Numbered from the stretch's first letter, positions 23,104 to 33,053 are shown. The stretch: DNA of 64,000 bases from an uncultured Candidatus Saccharibacteria bacterium (GCA_964514375.1 CAZEQH010000003.1:12-64011); one strand, 5' to 3'. The notes: a model not told the origin generated them from the sequence alone. Made by a program: numbers and translations.

Positions 23104-24354
23104 TTAAAGCAGCTCTTCGATGGCGGAAAGGCGGTTGTATTTGGCCACCCTCTCGCCGCGGGCAGGAGCCCCGGTTTTAATGAAGTCTGCGGATATCCCT
23201 ACTGCAAAGTCTGCTATAAAGTCATCTGTAGTGTCCCCAGACCTGTGGGAAACTACTATTTTCCATCCGAACTCCTTTGCCAAACGGGCAGCTTCCAGTG
23301 CCTCTGAAACCGTTCCTATCTGATTGATTTTAAGAATCATGGAATTGACCGCCTTTTTTTCTTCAGCTTCCTTTATTCTGACAGGATTGGTTACCAGCAG
23401 GTCGTCTCCGATAATCATAATCTTTTTCCCTAAGTCTTCTGTAATCTTCCGGAACCCTTCCCAATCCTCCTCAGCAAATGGGTCTTCTATGCCGGAAATA
23501 GGATACTTAGAAATCAAGCTGCCGTAATACCTGAGTAAACCCTCTCTGGTGAATACGCCCATCTGCAGTCTATATTTATCATGTTCTAAAAACTGAGAGG
23601 CCGCCACATCAAGTATGACTTTAACTTCGCTTTCGTATCCCAAACCTTTCAGGGCTGACAAGATAAGTTCCAAAGCCTGCTCGGGCACGATGAGAGGAGG
23701 TGCGAAACCGCCTTCGTCCCCTAAATTAGTGGCCAGCTTTCCGTATCTTTCCAGGAGGATTTTTTTAAGCTGCTGGTAAGTCTCCGCACCGATGCGCAGA
23801 TTGTCCGAAAAAGCCTGTTTGCCGGGAGCTATCATAAACTCCTGAAAGTCCAGTCTGTTCCCCGCATGAGCGCCTCCATTGATGATGTTGAAGGAAGGGA
23901 AAGGTATTTTTAGAGAAACTGCCGGCAATTTGTATTCTCGTCCCTTCCCGTTGATATATTGAAAAAGAGGCAGTTTTTCTGCCTGTGAAGCAGCCTTGCA
24001 CACTGCCAGAGAAACGGCACAGATAGCATTGCCTCCAAGGCTGGATTTATTATCGGTAGCGTCCATTTCCTTCATCAGGCCGTCAATCTCCATCTGGGCG
24101 GTGGATTTTATCCCTAAAAGCCGGGGTGCTATGATGTTGTTGATGTTATCTACGGCTTTCAGAACTCCCTTGCCGAAATACGCCTTCTCCTTATCTCTCA
24201 GCTCTACTGCCTCATATTTACCCGTAGAGGCGCCGGAGGGGACAGAGGCTGCAGAAATACCGCCGCCTGTTTCCACCTCCACTTCTATGGTCGGGTTTCC
24301 CCTGGAATCCAATATTTGCCTGGCTCTTATTTTTTTTACTTTAGAAGAAGACAT
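23104..24354 (-). CDS. eno: Enolase
   Basis: 416 aa. RQILDSRGNPTIEVEV, SHRSGDTTD and KTGAPARGERVAKYN motifs. Confidence 0.95.
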   Translation of the reverse strand: MSSSKVKKIRARQILDSRGNPTIEVEVETGGGISAASVPSGASTGKYEAVELRDKEKAYFGKGVLKAVDNINNIIAPRLLGIKSTAQMEIDGLMKEMDATDNKSSLGGNAICAVSLAVCKAASQAEKLPLFQYINGKGREYKLPAVSLKIPFPSFNIINGGAHAGNRLDFQEFMIAPGKQAFSDNLRIGAETYQQLKKILLERYGKLATNLGDEGGFAPPLIVPEQALELILSALKGLGYESEVKVILDVAASQFLEHDKYRLQMGVFTREGLLRYYGSLISKYPISGIEDPFAEEDWEGFRKITEDLGKKIMIIGDDLLVTNPVRIKEAEEKKAVNSMILKINQIGTVSEALEAARLAKEFGWKIVVSHRSGDTTDDFIADFAVGISADFIKTGAPARGERVAKYNRLSAIEELL

Positions 24355-24362
24355 AATAAAAT

Positions 24363-25283
24363 TTAGGGCAATCTCTGGAGGTAATCAAAAGCGGCCAGAG
24401 CGGCTTTAGCTCCTTCTCCGCAGGCCGTAACTATCTGTTTAAATTTTCCTATATTAACGTCGCCCGCAGCAAAGAGACCTGGGCTTTTAGTCTGGTAAGT
24501 TTCGAAATCGACAATTATCTCATCGTTCTCATTGAAATCCACCAACCCCTTTACGAAAGAGGTGGTCGGCTGATATCCTATCTCCACAAATACACCCTCC
24601 ACTTTTAAGTTCTTGTTTTCTCTGTTTTCTCTGTCTTCGTAAGCAATGGAATTAACAAACCTTCCTCCTTCTATCTTTTCCAGTTTGGCCTGAGTGATAA
24701 TAGTAGTTTTGCCGCCCTTTTCAACAAGAAGCTGGTTTTCCGAATCTGCCTTTATGGTGGGACCGTACTCCAGGATATATATCTTCTTTGCTATGTTTCC
24801 CATAAACAAAGCCGTTTCAAAAGCTGCGTTTCCTCCGCCGATAATGGCTATATCCTTACCGCCAAAAAGCGGCCCGTCGCATAAAGCACAGTAGCTCACG
24901 CCCTTGCCCAAAAATTTCTTCTCTCCCGGCACTTCCAGGGGCCTAGGGTCTGACCCTGAAGCCACTACTACCGATTTGGCTTCAAAAACTTTTTTGTCGG
25001 TGGTATAAACTGAGAATAAATCTTTACTTTTTTTTATGTTGACCACCTCATTAATTTCTATTTTTATCTTTTGTTTTTCAAGCTGCTTTTTCATCCTTTT
25101 AATCAAATCCCCCGCCTTGACATTGCCGAAACCGGGATAATTCCTGATAGGAATAACCTTTTTAGCCATATTGCCTCCAAAAGTTTTCGTTACCATTAAG
25201 ACGTCGAGGCTCTGTCTGGAAGCATAAATACCAGCTGTCATTCCAGCTGGCCCGCCTCCGATTATAATGAGGTCATGCGGCAT
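24363..25283 (-). CDS. trxB: Thioredoxin-disulfide reductase
   Basis: GGGPAG FAD motif, redox CALCDG, and a second GGGNAA dinucleotide fold. Confidence 0.9.
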   Translation of the reverse strand: MPHDLIIIGGGPAGMTAGIYASRQSLDVLMVTKTFGGNMAKKVIPIRNYPGFGNVKAGDLIKRMKKQLEKQKIKIEINEVVNIKKSKDLFSVYTTDKKVFEAKSVVVASGSDPRPLEVPGEKKFLGKGVSYCALCDGPLFGGKDIAIIGGGNAAFETALFMGNIAKKIYILEYGPTIKADSENQLLVEKGGKTTIITQAKLEKIEGGRFVNSIAYEDRENRENKNLKVEGVFVEIGYQPTTSFVKGLVDFNENDEIIVDFETYQTKSPGLFAAGDVNIGKFKQIVTACGEGAKAALAAFDYLQRLP

Positions 25284-25285
25284 AC

Positions 25286-26161
25286 TTAATGTAATACTTC
25301 GGGAATAGCCTTAATGACTTCTGTGGCTGACAGCCCTTCCTTCATCCTGGAGGCAGCCAATTCTCCCGCCTTGCCGTTGACAAAAACTGCTGCCTGGGCG
25401 GCTTTGAAGGGTTCTATCCTCCTGGCCAATAAAGCTCCGCATATCCCGGCCAGAGTGTCTCCGGTGCCTCCAACGGACATATAAGGGCTTCCCGATTCGT
25501 TGAGGACGGCTTCCTTGCCGTTAGAAATAATATCCGGTTTTTCCTTAAGAAGAATGGTTGTTTGGAGACGAAGCGCCTCCTCTTTTACTGCCTGTATTTT
25601 AGCTCCGTGTTCAAACTCTCTGATATCTCGTCCGGTGAGCATCATAAATTCATAAAGGTGGGGAGTGATAAGAAAAGGTTTTCCTTTAATTACTTCTGTC
25701 CTACTGCCTACGGCGTGTATAGCATCGGCGTCTATAACGACCGGTATATTTACCCTGCTGAGATATTCCAAAATAACCTCCTGCGTTTCTTTGCTCCTGC
25801 CCGCCCCGCCGCCTATGACGGCGGCTACGTTCCCTCTGGCAACACTTTCTGCTGCCTTGGTCATGGCAACCAATTCAGCCAAATGGCTGCCGTTCAGCCA
25901 TTTGCCTTCCAGCGGATAAGCGGCCATGTTGGGAGAAAAAGAGGCTATGATGTCTGCTGCCCTTCTGGGAGCTATAATCCGCACCATGTCCACTCCGGCA
26001 TTGAATGCCGCCATAGCGGACAGGGCCGGAGAACCTGAATAAAATTCAGAGCCCCCTATTACTATAAGGAGTCCGAACTCGTATTTCCTGTAATAAACTT
26101 CTCTTTTCCTCTCCGGAAAAATTTCCTTTAGAATTCCTTTGGTAACTTTATCCATTGTCAA
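25286..26161 (-). CDS. nnrD: ADP-dependent NAD(P)H-hydrate dehydratase (YjeF C-terminal family)
   Basis: VIGGSEFYSGSPALSAMAA and GGTGDTLAG motifs of the YjeF_C carbohydrate-kinase fold. Confidence 0.8.
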   Translation of the reverse strand: MTMDKVTKGILKEIFPERKREVYYRKYEFGLLIVIGGSEFYSGSPALSAMAAFNAGVDMVRIIAPRRAADIIASFSPNMAAYPLEGKWLNGSHLAELVAMTKAAESVARGNVAAVIGGGAGRSKETQEVILEYLSRVNIPVVIDADAIHAVGSRTEVIKGKPFLITPHLYEFMMLTGRDIREFEHGAKIQAVKEEALRLQTTILLKEKPDIISNGKEAVLNESGSPYMSVGGTGDTLAGICGALLARRIEPFKAAQAAVFVNGKAGELAASRMKEGLSATEVIKAIPEVLH

Positions 26162-26173
26162 AGTAGATGTCTA

Positions 26174-27676
26174 TTAAATTACTTTTCTTCTTAAAAAGGT
26201 GGGTTTTTCCCAGAGCTCCTCTTTGGATATTATTTCCGCTTCCTCTTTCTCCTTATCCCTCTTAATCTGAAGGGCATTTTTCCTTACCCTCTGCTTTTCT
26301 TTTTTTTCTTCTACAGACGGCTCACTCTCACTTGGAGCGGATTTTGGGGAAATATTTTTTATTTTTACCTCTATTTTTCCTTTTTTCGCCTCCTCTGCCG
26401 CGGCCTGCCTTCTCCTCTTTTTTTTCTTTGTCCCTCTCTTTTTCGTTTTAATCTTCTCTGACTTTTTCTTTCTCTCAGGTCGGGGAACGGGCCGAACAGT
26501 CCCTTCTGCCTTCTTCTCCTCCTTCTGCTTTTTAGGAGTTTTCCTCTTTTTGGCCGGCTTTTTCTTAGGTAAACTTTTGCCCGCCTTCTTACCTTTTCCC
26601 TTCAAAAAACCCCTCGCCCTGCAACTCGTTGCCAATAATGTCACTTTAATATGGGGACCCTTCTTGATGTTAGATATTCCAAAGATAATTCTGGCCTCCT
26701 TGTGGGCCTTCTCTGCGATAATTCCGGAAATCTGATTTACTTGAGACAAAGAAAGGTCTTTTTTGCCGGAAATATTAAATAGTATACCTCTGGCGCCCCC
26801 TATGCTGTAGGGATACAATGGAGAGCTTATCACCCTGCTTATCATCTCTTCTTCCTTTTCCCTACCCAAATTCACGGAACTAAGATAGGTAAGCTTTCCC
26901 CTTCTGCTGAAAACGGTCCTCAAGTCTGCAAAATCAATGTTTATCATGCCGGGCTCATATATTATCTCTATCAAGCTCTGTATTGATTCTGACAATTTCT
27001 TGTTTATGGCAGAAAGCGCGCTGTTTAAGGGCGCCGTCCTCTCTATGATTTGGAAAATTCTTTCGTTGGGGATTACCGAGAAAGCATTAACCCTCCTCTT
27101 GACCTTTCTTAAGGAAGTTCTGGCTATCTCCATTTTTTTCTCTCCCTCAAACTCAAAGGGAAGAGTAAAAATACCGTAGGTGAGATTACCCATGTCTCTT
27201 GATATTTTGGCAAAAACAGGAGCCGCCCCAGAGCCTAACCCTCCTCCCAGACAGGCCACTAAAATGACAAAATCCTGCCCCTTTAATATCTCTTTTATCC
27301 TTTCCCTCTCTTTATTAGCGGCAGCCTCTCCTATTTCAGGATCCATGCCGGTTCCCAAGCCGTGGGTAAATTCTTTGCCGAAATGAAACTTAGAAATCTT
27401 CCGGGGAAGTCTCTTTAATGCCCTTACGTCGCTGTTGGCGGCGTAAAATGAAGCACCCTTTACGCTCTGGGCTATTTCGGAAACAATGGAACTTCCTCCT
27501 CCTCCTATGCCTATCAGTCTCACCTTGATCCTTTTGAGTTCATCTGGTTTCATTTTCTTTTTGGACAGCTCTTTTGCAGCCTTGTTTTTTACTGCCGGTT
27601 TCCGAAGAGGTTTTTTCCTCTTGGCTACATTCTTTTTCAGGTTCTTTTTTGAAGTTTTGATTGTCTTTTTAGCCAT
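26174..27676 (-). CDS. ftsZ: Cell division GTPase FtsZ with Lys-rich N- and C-terminal extensions
   Basis: IGIGGGGSSIV and GLGTGMDPEIG...GGGLGSGAAP tubulin-signature region. The start is set at MAKKTIK (27676). The track ORF runs to 27757, overlapping the upstream gene. Confidence 0.85.
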   Translation of the reverse strand: MAKKTIKTSKKNLKKNVAKRKKPLRKPAVKNKAAKELSKKKMKPDELKRIKVRLIGIGGGGSSIVSEIAQSVKGASFYAANSDVRALKRLPRKISKFHFGKEFTHGLGTGMDPEIGEAAANKERERIKEILKGQDFVILVACLGGGLGSGAAPVFAKISRDMGNLTYGIFTLPFEFEGEKKMEIARTSLRKVKRRVNAFSVIPNERIFQIIERTAPLNSALSAINKKLSESIQSLIEIIYEPGMINIDFADLRTVFSRRGKLTYLSSVNLGREKEEEMISRVISSPLYPYSIGGARGILFNISGKKDLSLSQVNQISGIIAEKAHKEARIIFGISNIKKGPHIKVTLLATSCRARGFLKGKGKKAGKSLPKKKPAKKRKTPKKQKEEKKAEGTVRPVPRPERKKKSEKIKTKKRGTKKKKRRRQAAAEEAKKGKIEVKIKNISPKSAPSESEPSVEEKKEKQRVRKNALQIKRDKEKEEAEIISKEELWEKPTFLRRKVI

Positions 27677-27731
27677 TGTTTTAGTATAAGCCGTTAAGAT
27701 TATTAGGTCAATTAATGGTTTCTTGTTTAAA

Positions 27732-28601
27732 TTAGCCCTTATTGAATTTTTCTTCAAGCGCTTTCAGACGTTCTTTCAGCTCTATCATTTTTAATTCCCT
27801 GCCTGTAGCCAGCTTATTGAATTTCTCCAGCTCTTCCATTTTGACCTCCAGTTCCTTTTTCCTTTCCTCAAGCTCCATGGTTCTCTCTTTTACCTTGTCT
27901 TTAAGATTTTCCGAGAGGTCCTCCAGTTCTTCGGTCCTCGCCCTCACCTTAATTTCCAGGGTTGTTTTCTGTTCTTCCAAAGCTTCGCTGATTCTTTCCA
28001 GTTCAACGCTTTTCCTCTTCAAGATATCCGTAAAAAGATTAGCCGCCACTCCGATGCCAAAAAAAGTGGCTCCGGCTAACAAAATGTTATTAGTTACGTA
28101 TTTGAAATTTTTATAAAGAGGAAAACCTAAATCAAAGTAAGCATGAAAAGGCACCAACCCAGAGTAAGGCAGAGCCACTAGAAGGGCATAGCTTATAGTC
28201 GTCAAGGCGCAGACAGCCAAGGCTTTTTTTCTCGGCAGTACAATACTGGCGTAAACTACCGGGAACAGAAAGAAAACTGAACCCATCCATTCCACTCCTC
28301 CCGCCAGGTAGACTATCGCAGTAATAGACAGAAGTTCAATAAAAACATCGTAGAAAAAGTACAGGCTTTCTATGGTTTTGGCCTTAGTTTGCTTCTTCAC
28401 CAGCATTCTAAAAGCAAAAGCCGATAATAAATAGAAAGACAGCACCGAAAGTATCAGGTTTACGTTTTCATAAAACGAAAGCAAGCCTGTCAGCTTCATC
28501 AGAAAAACAGCTGCCAGAAAAGCAACCAGAGTGACCTCTCTTGGCAAAAAGGTTGCAGAAACTCTAGCCAGGATATCCTTGAATTCTTCCCGATGGGTCA
28601 T
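27732..28601 (-). CDS. Polytopic membrane protein with C-terminal coiled coil (unknown function)
   Basis: About 6 predicted TM helices followed by 90 aa of E/K-rich heptads. Located immediately upstream of ftsZ. Confidence 0.5.
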   Translation of the reverse strand: MTHREEFKDILARVSATFLPREVTLVAFLAAVFLMKLTGLLSFYENVNLILSVLSFYLLSAFAFRMLVKKQTKAKTIESLYFFYDVFIELLSITAIVYLAGGVEWMGSVFFLFPVVYASIVLPRKKALAVCALTTISYALLVALPYSGLVPFHAYFDLGFPLYKNFKYVTNNILLAGATFFGIGVAANLFTDILKRKSVELERISEALEEQKTTLEIKVRARTEELEDLSENLKDKVKERTMELEERKKELEVKMEELEKFNKLATGRELKMIELKERLKALEEKFNKG

Positions 28602-28662
28602 ATTTCTATTTAATTATAATTGATTTTTTAGCAGATAAAAAGCAAACATTATCCCTTCTACT

Positions 28663-28690
28663 TGACTTTTTAAAACGGCGTGGTAGTATG
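28663..28690 (+). promoter_or_regulatory. Candidate extended -10 promoter
   Basis: TTGACT (28663..28668), a 16-nt spacer, then TGGTAGTAT with the -10 box TAGTAT at 28685..28690. Confidence 0.45.
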
Positions 28691-28803
28691 AAGATTAGAT
28701 TATAAGTCGGGGAGTTAATAATTTCGTTAATAAAGCGACTTGGTAATCAAAAGGTCGCTTTTTAACTAAAGCACATCGATAGAAGAGTTAAATATTAAGT
28801 TTC

Positions 28804-28974
28804 ATGTTTGACAATTCAAATTCAGATTTCACCCCAAGACCAATGGTCAAGGGAAGCTGGAAATGCGCCGACTGTGGAGCAGAAATAACGGAACTTCCGT
28901 TCCAACCCTCAGGGGACAGACCCGTCTACTGCAGGGAATGCCACAGAAAACGAAGATCTAAAAACTTCAGATAG
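28804..28974 (+). CDS. 56-aa zinc-ribbon protein (CxxC...CxxC), below the ORF-track length cut-off
   Basis: ATG at 28804, TAG at 28972. Translation MFDNSNSDFTPRPMVKGSWKCADCGAEITELPFQPSGDRPVYCRECHRKRRSKNFR. The same C-x2-CG...F-[QK]-P...RPVYC-x2-C motif ends the ATPase at 54106..55782. A strong terminator follows. Confidence 0.55.
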   Translation: MFDNSNSDFTPRPMVKGSWKCADCGAEITELPFQPSGDRPVYCRECHRKRRSKNFR

Positions 28975-28985
28975 GCGAAACCAAT

Positions 28986-29017
28986 AAAAACCCCGCGGGA
29001 AAACCCGCGGGGTTTTT
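28986..29017. terminator. Bidirectional intrinsic terminator between convergent genes
   Basis: AAAAA-CCCCGCGGG-AAAA-CCCGCGGGG-TTTTT. Perfect 9-bp GC stem with an A-run on one side and a T-run on the other. Confidence 0.85.
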
Positions 29018-29040
29018 AGTTAAATTAAAAAGTTGAGCAA

Positions 29041-31563
29041 TTAAGACCCGTTTTTCAGCGTCCAATAACGGAAATAAATAAGCTTGACCGCTTCGCTCAC
29101 GGTAAAATAAATAACAATTAAAGATAATACAATGAGGAGTTCCGGAAGGGCGGGGGCAACCAGATGGAATGTCTCCTGCCCCAAAGCCGTAAACGGCAGG
29201 CCGACCGTGATGAGCAGAGTGAGAACTGAAACGGCCGCCAGAGAAAAACTCGGACTCCTCGCTTTGAAAAATATGTGAAAAGTTCTTACGGAGAAAATCA
29301 GTGCAATCTCCGTTAAAATACTTTCTGTGAACCAGAGTGTCCGGAGCAGGGATGGGGCGACATTGTGAAAAATTGCGAAGAAAATGAAGTCAAAGATGGT
29401 ACTAGTAAGCCCCAGGAGAACTATAAGTAATATTACTTTATTCAATTGATAAAACTTAGGCTTCTTCAACTCTTCAACGTCAACTCTGTCTGACGCCACA
29501 GCAACCAAAGGAAAATCCGACAGCATATTTACCAACAAAATCTGCACTGGAAGCATGGGCAGGAATGGTATTATCAGGGAAATAATAGCTATGGAATAAA
29601 AATTTCCAAAATTACTCGCCAAAGTGCATTTTATGTATTTGTTAATATTGGAGAAAATATTCCTACCCTGCTTAATTCCCTCCACAATGACTTTTAGGTC
29701 CTTTCTGAGCAGTACGATATCGGCAATCTCCCGGGAAACATCGGCGGCGCTCTGTACGGCAATGGCCAGATGTGAGGCCTTCAAGGCGGGTGCGTCATTA
29801 ACCCCTTCCCCCAGAAACCCAACTTCATGCTTCTCCCCCAAAGACTTTACTATCCTGTATTTGGTATTAGGAGAAACCCTGGCAAAGACTGAAAAATTTT
29901 CGCAGGCCCTTTCAAAATCTTCTGAAGAATAAGAGTCTATGGTCTCTCCTAGAATGACTTCCTCCTGATTTTCAATCAAACCAATTTCTTTTGCCACTTG
30001 TCCGGCTACTTCCTTGCTGTCGCCGGTCAGTATCTTAACCTGTACGCCCAGCTTACCCGCAAGCGCAATAGCTTCCTTGGCAGTTTCCTTCAGGGGGTCA
30101 AAAAAAGAAAAATAACCGAGGAAATTCATCCCTTCTTCGTCTTCCTCATAAAAATTATCTCTATTAAAATGCTTGAAGGCCAAGGCCAAAATTCTTTTCC
30201 CTTCCTTGCCCTTCTTTTCCATCTCCGCTTCTATTTTCTCTCTACTGCCTTCAAACTTAGAACATAGGCTTAAAATCGATTCCGGTGCCCCCCTGCTGAT
30301 TAAAACTCTTTCTCCTCTGGAATCTTCCATCAACACGCTGTTTCTCAACCTTAACAGGTCAAACGATTTTTCCGCAACCAGCTTGAATTTCTCCAATGAT
30401 TTACGGATTTTCTTAGGAGCTACCTCAAAAAGGGCCATATCGAAGGGATTCAAGCTTGATTCAATCTCCTCTTCTATATAAGCCGAGGATAAAAGTCCGT
30501 AGAGCAGGCATTTATTTTTATCCGAGGAATAACTATTTTCCAATTTAAGCTTATTTTTAGTTAAAGTGCCCGTCTTGTCGCTGCAAAGTATTTCTATGTC
30601 TCCCAGGTCTTCTACGGCCGACAATCTCTTCACCACCACTTTCTTCTTGGCTAATTTCAGAGCTCCGCTGGAAAGGGCAAAAGTAATAATCAGGGGAAGG
30701 GCCTCCGGAATAATACTCACCGTGAGGGCTATGCAGAAAAGCAGGAAATCGAAAAGGCCGGCTGTTCCCTTAACTGCAAGATTAGCCAGAAAAATGATGA
30801 CGATAGTAATTACGACTATCCTTAGTATGAGGTGGGAAAAACTCAAAAGGTTCTTTTCATAAAGGCTTTCGCGAGCGATTGTCGAAGTCAATTTAGTAAT
30901 CTCTCCCAGAGCTGTTTCCTTTCCCGTTGCCACTACCACTCCTACGGCTTCCCCGGAAACAACAGATGTCCCGCTGAAAACTATGTTGGATGCCTTAAAA
31001 AGTTCTTCTGCCTTTTCCGGAAGAAAATTGGAATTTTTAGGAACGGAAATTGATTCCCCACTTAACACTTCTTCATCAACGGAGAAATTTTCTGCCTTCC
31101 ATACTCTCAAATCGGCCGGAACAATATCTCCCTGTTCCAATAGGACGATATCCCCTGGGACTAAAGATTTTCGGTCAACCGCCTTTTCCTTGCCGCCCCG
31201 CAAAATCCTTATCTTTGAAGGCAGATATTTTTTAAGCAGAGAAACCGCTCTCTTTGCCTTGGCTTCCTGGAAAAAACCCAATATAACATTGATAAAAACA
31301 AAAGCCAGAATGACCGCACCGTCAATCTTCTCGCCAATCAAGAAGGCTATAAGAGAAGCTGCGAAAAGGAGATATGAAAAGGGTGACTTGAATTGCCTTA
31401 AAAAAATATCTATCAGTCCCTCTTCCTTTATCTTTACCTCGTTCTGTCCGAACTTCTTTAAAAGCTCCGCTGTTTTTCTCGCGGAAAGGCCTTTTTCGGA
31501 AGTGCCCAAGAGCCCGAAAACCTCTTCAATACTCCTGGTTGTATATTCGGAAAATCGAGGCAT
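29041..31563 (-). CDS. Cation-transporting P-type ATPase (P2/P3-like; substrate not assignable)
   Basis: 840 aa. Phosphorylation motif CSDKTGTLTKN, TGD, and a GEGVNDAPALK hinge. About 10 TM helices. Confidence 0.9.
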   Translation of the reverse strand: MPRFSEYTTRSIEEVFGLLGTSEKGLSARKTAELLKKFGQNEVKIKEEGLIDIFLRQFKSPFSYLLFAASLIAFLIGEKIDGAVILAFVFINVILGFFQEAKAKRAVSLLKKYLPSKIRILRGGKEKAVDRKSLVPGDIVLLEQGDIVPADLRVWKAENFSVDEEVLSGESISVPKNSNFLPEKAEELFKASNIVFSGTSVVSGEAVGVVVATGKETALGEITKLTSTIARESLYEKNLLSFSHLILRIVVITIVIIFLANLAVKGTAGLFDFLLFCIALTVSIIPEALPLIITFALSSGALKLAKKKVVVKRLSAVEDLGDIEILCSDKTGTLTKNKLKLENSYSSDKNKCLLYGLLSSAYIEEEIESSLNPFDMALFEVAPKKIRKSLEKFKLVAEKSFDLLRLRNSVLMEDSRGERVLISRGAPESILSLCSKFEGSREKIEAEMEKKGKEGKRILALAFKHFNRDNFYEEDEEGMNFLGYFSFFDPLKETAKEAIALAGKLGVQVKILTGDSKEVAGQVAKEIGLIENQEEVILGETIDSYSSEDFERACENFSVFARVSPNTKYRIVKSLGEKHEVGFLGEGVNDAPALKASHLAIAVQSAADVSREIADIVLLRKDLKVIVEGIKQGRNIFSNINKYIKCTLASNFGNFYSIAIISLIIPFLPMLPVQILLVNMLSDFPLVAVASDRVDVEELKKPKFYQLNKVILLIVLLGLTSTIFDFIFFAIFHNVAPSLLRTLWFTESILTEIALIFSVRTFHIFFKARSPSFSLAAVSVLTLLITVGLPFTALGQETFHLVAPALPELLIVLSLIVIYFTVSEAVKLIYFRYWTLKNGS

Positions 31564-31587
31564 AGAGATTTGCTCCGTTCCGCCTGT

Positions 31588-32382
31588 TTATTTCAGGTAA
31601 TTGGACTGCACACCGGTTGATATCAGCTGATTTTGATAAAGCGTAACGGTGATGTTACCCACATATCCAGGCGCCACCTGGTACTGCGGGAAATATATTA
31701 TCAGTGCATTGTTGCTGAAGTTGAAGTTCCGGTAATTTTCCGCCGTGGGCGTAGTCCCCTGGCCTATCATCTGCTGGGTGCTGGTATTTATCTGCACTCC
31801 CTTGGATTCGAGGTCTGAACTAACGCTTTGAGCGGCCAGCGATGCCACCTTATCCAGGGCATCCTGGGAGGAACCCAAAAAATCATTGATGGTAATCTCC
31901 TTCTGCTGGGCCGCGTCATAGTTGAAGGCATAAATCTCGTTCAGGCCGTGCGCACCTCCGCTGAAATAATAAATGTTGATAACGAAACTCAGATAGCTGT
32001 TATTGGTCTGGGTGGGCGTCCATGTAGCGATGAAATTAAAGGGCTGTTCAGGAAACTCAGGGACCGGATTGTCGGGCATAGCCGTGGCCCTCCTGGCTTC
32101 CCAGTTGGCCGCTGCATTCGTCTTAAAGTCGTCCACCTGCTTGTTCATGAGGTCAGCAATTTTCTGATTGAAAGCTGCATCAACCCCGTTGAATCGGGGA
32201 TATTCGGCCCAGATATTGAAGAAGTTATCCTTTTGGGTAATAGATGCCACCGACATCTGCAGATAATTCTCTCCGAGCGGAACGCTGGTAGGAACGAACC
32301 GGCTGCAGTACTCAGCGGTCAAAACCACTCCTGCTCCAAACGCCACGAGTGCCGTCAATAACAGACAAATAATTTTTTTCAT
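31588..32382 (-). CDS. Secreted/lipoprotein-like DUF3298/DUF4163-type protein (RsiV/PdaC C-terminal-like)
   Basis: Signal peptide. YYFSGGAHGLN motif typical of DUF3298. Noticeably more GC-rich than its neighbours. Confidence 0.55.
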   Translation of the reverse strand: MKKIICLLLTALVAFGAGVVLTAEYCSRFVPTSVPLGENYLQMSVASITQKDNFFNIWAEYPRFNGVDAAFNQKIADLMNKQVDDFKTNAAANWEARRATAMPDNPVPEFPEQPFNFIATWTPTQTNNSYLSFVINIYYFSGGAHGLNEIYAFNYDAAQQKEITINDFLGSSQDALDKVASLAAQSVSSDLESKGVQINTSTQQMIGQGTTPTAENYRNFNFSNNALIIYFPQYQVAPGYVGNITVTLYQNQLISTGVQSNYLK

Positions 32383-32468
32383 ATTGACATTGTTTTAAAT
32401 ATTGTTACCGACCTTTGGTATATTGATTATATCGCCTGTTTTCAAAAAAGATACGTGGACTTGCCTTC

Positions 32469-32906
32469 TCAAGACTGGCTGACCCAAAACACCTTCTTGT
32501 CTTTTGTCCACTTTATAACACTGTCTTTTAGGGCTACAGGAAAAACATCTTCTTCGGCAAAATCCTCCATCTCAAGGAAGAAAAAGTCCAGATGGTCTTC
32601 CCGGCTCTTATCGGCAGCATTCTCGGCTTCGACCTGAAAAACCAGATTAAGCTCGTGGTGAAATTCTCCGTCTTCGCGGAATAAATTCTCCACGGCTCCT
32701 AAAAATGAGTTACTTTTGATATCGAGGTTCAGTTCCTCTTTTAATTCCCGTTCCAGCGCCTTTTCCGCCTGCTCTCCAAAATCAACGTGTCCTCCGGGGA
32801 AAAAGTAATAGTCTTTTCCTTTTCTCCTGCATACCAGAATTCTTCCTCCCTGTTGGATGACAGCTCTAACACAAAGTTCGAAATTTTTCTCAAAATTTTT
32901 GTCCAT
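32469..32906 (-). CDS. NUDIX hydrolase
   Basis: Nudix box GGHVDFGEQAEKALERELKEELNL. Confidence 0.85.
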   Translation of the reverse strand: MDKNFEKNFELCVRAVIQQGGRILVCRRKGKDYYFFPGGHVDFGEQAEKALERELKEELNLDIKSNSFLGAVENLFREDGEFHHELNLVFQVEAENAADKSREDHLDFFFLEMEDFAEEDVFPVALKDSVIKWTKDKKVFWVSQS

Positions 32907-33053
32907 GTGCTCAACTTTTTCGTCTGAAAAATAATTCTCATCTTATTTTCCCAACCTTCACCTATAGATCGTTCGCTCTTTTAACTATTATAGCACTATT
33001 ATGAGTTTAAAAACCAGCAAGACATAACAATGCGATGGAATCTGATGCCGCAC

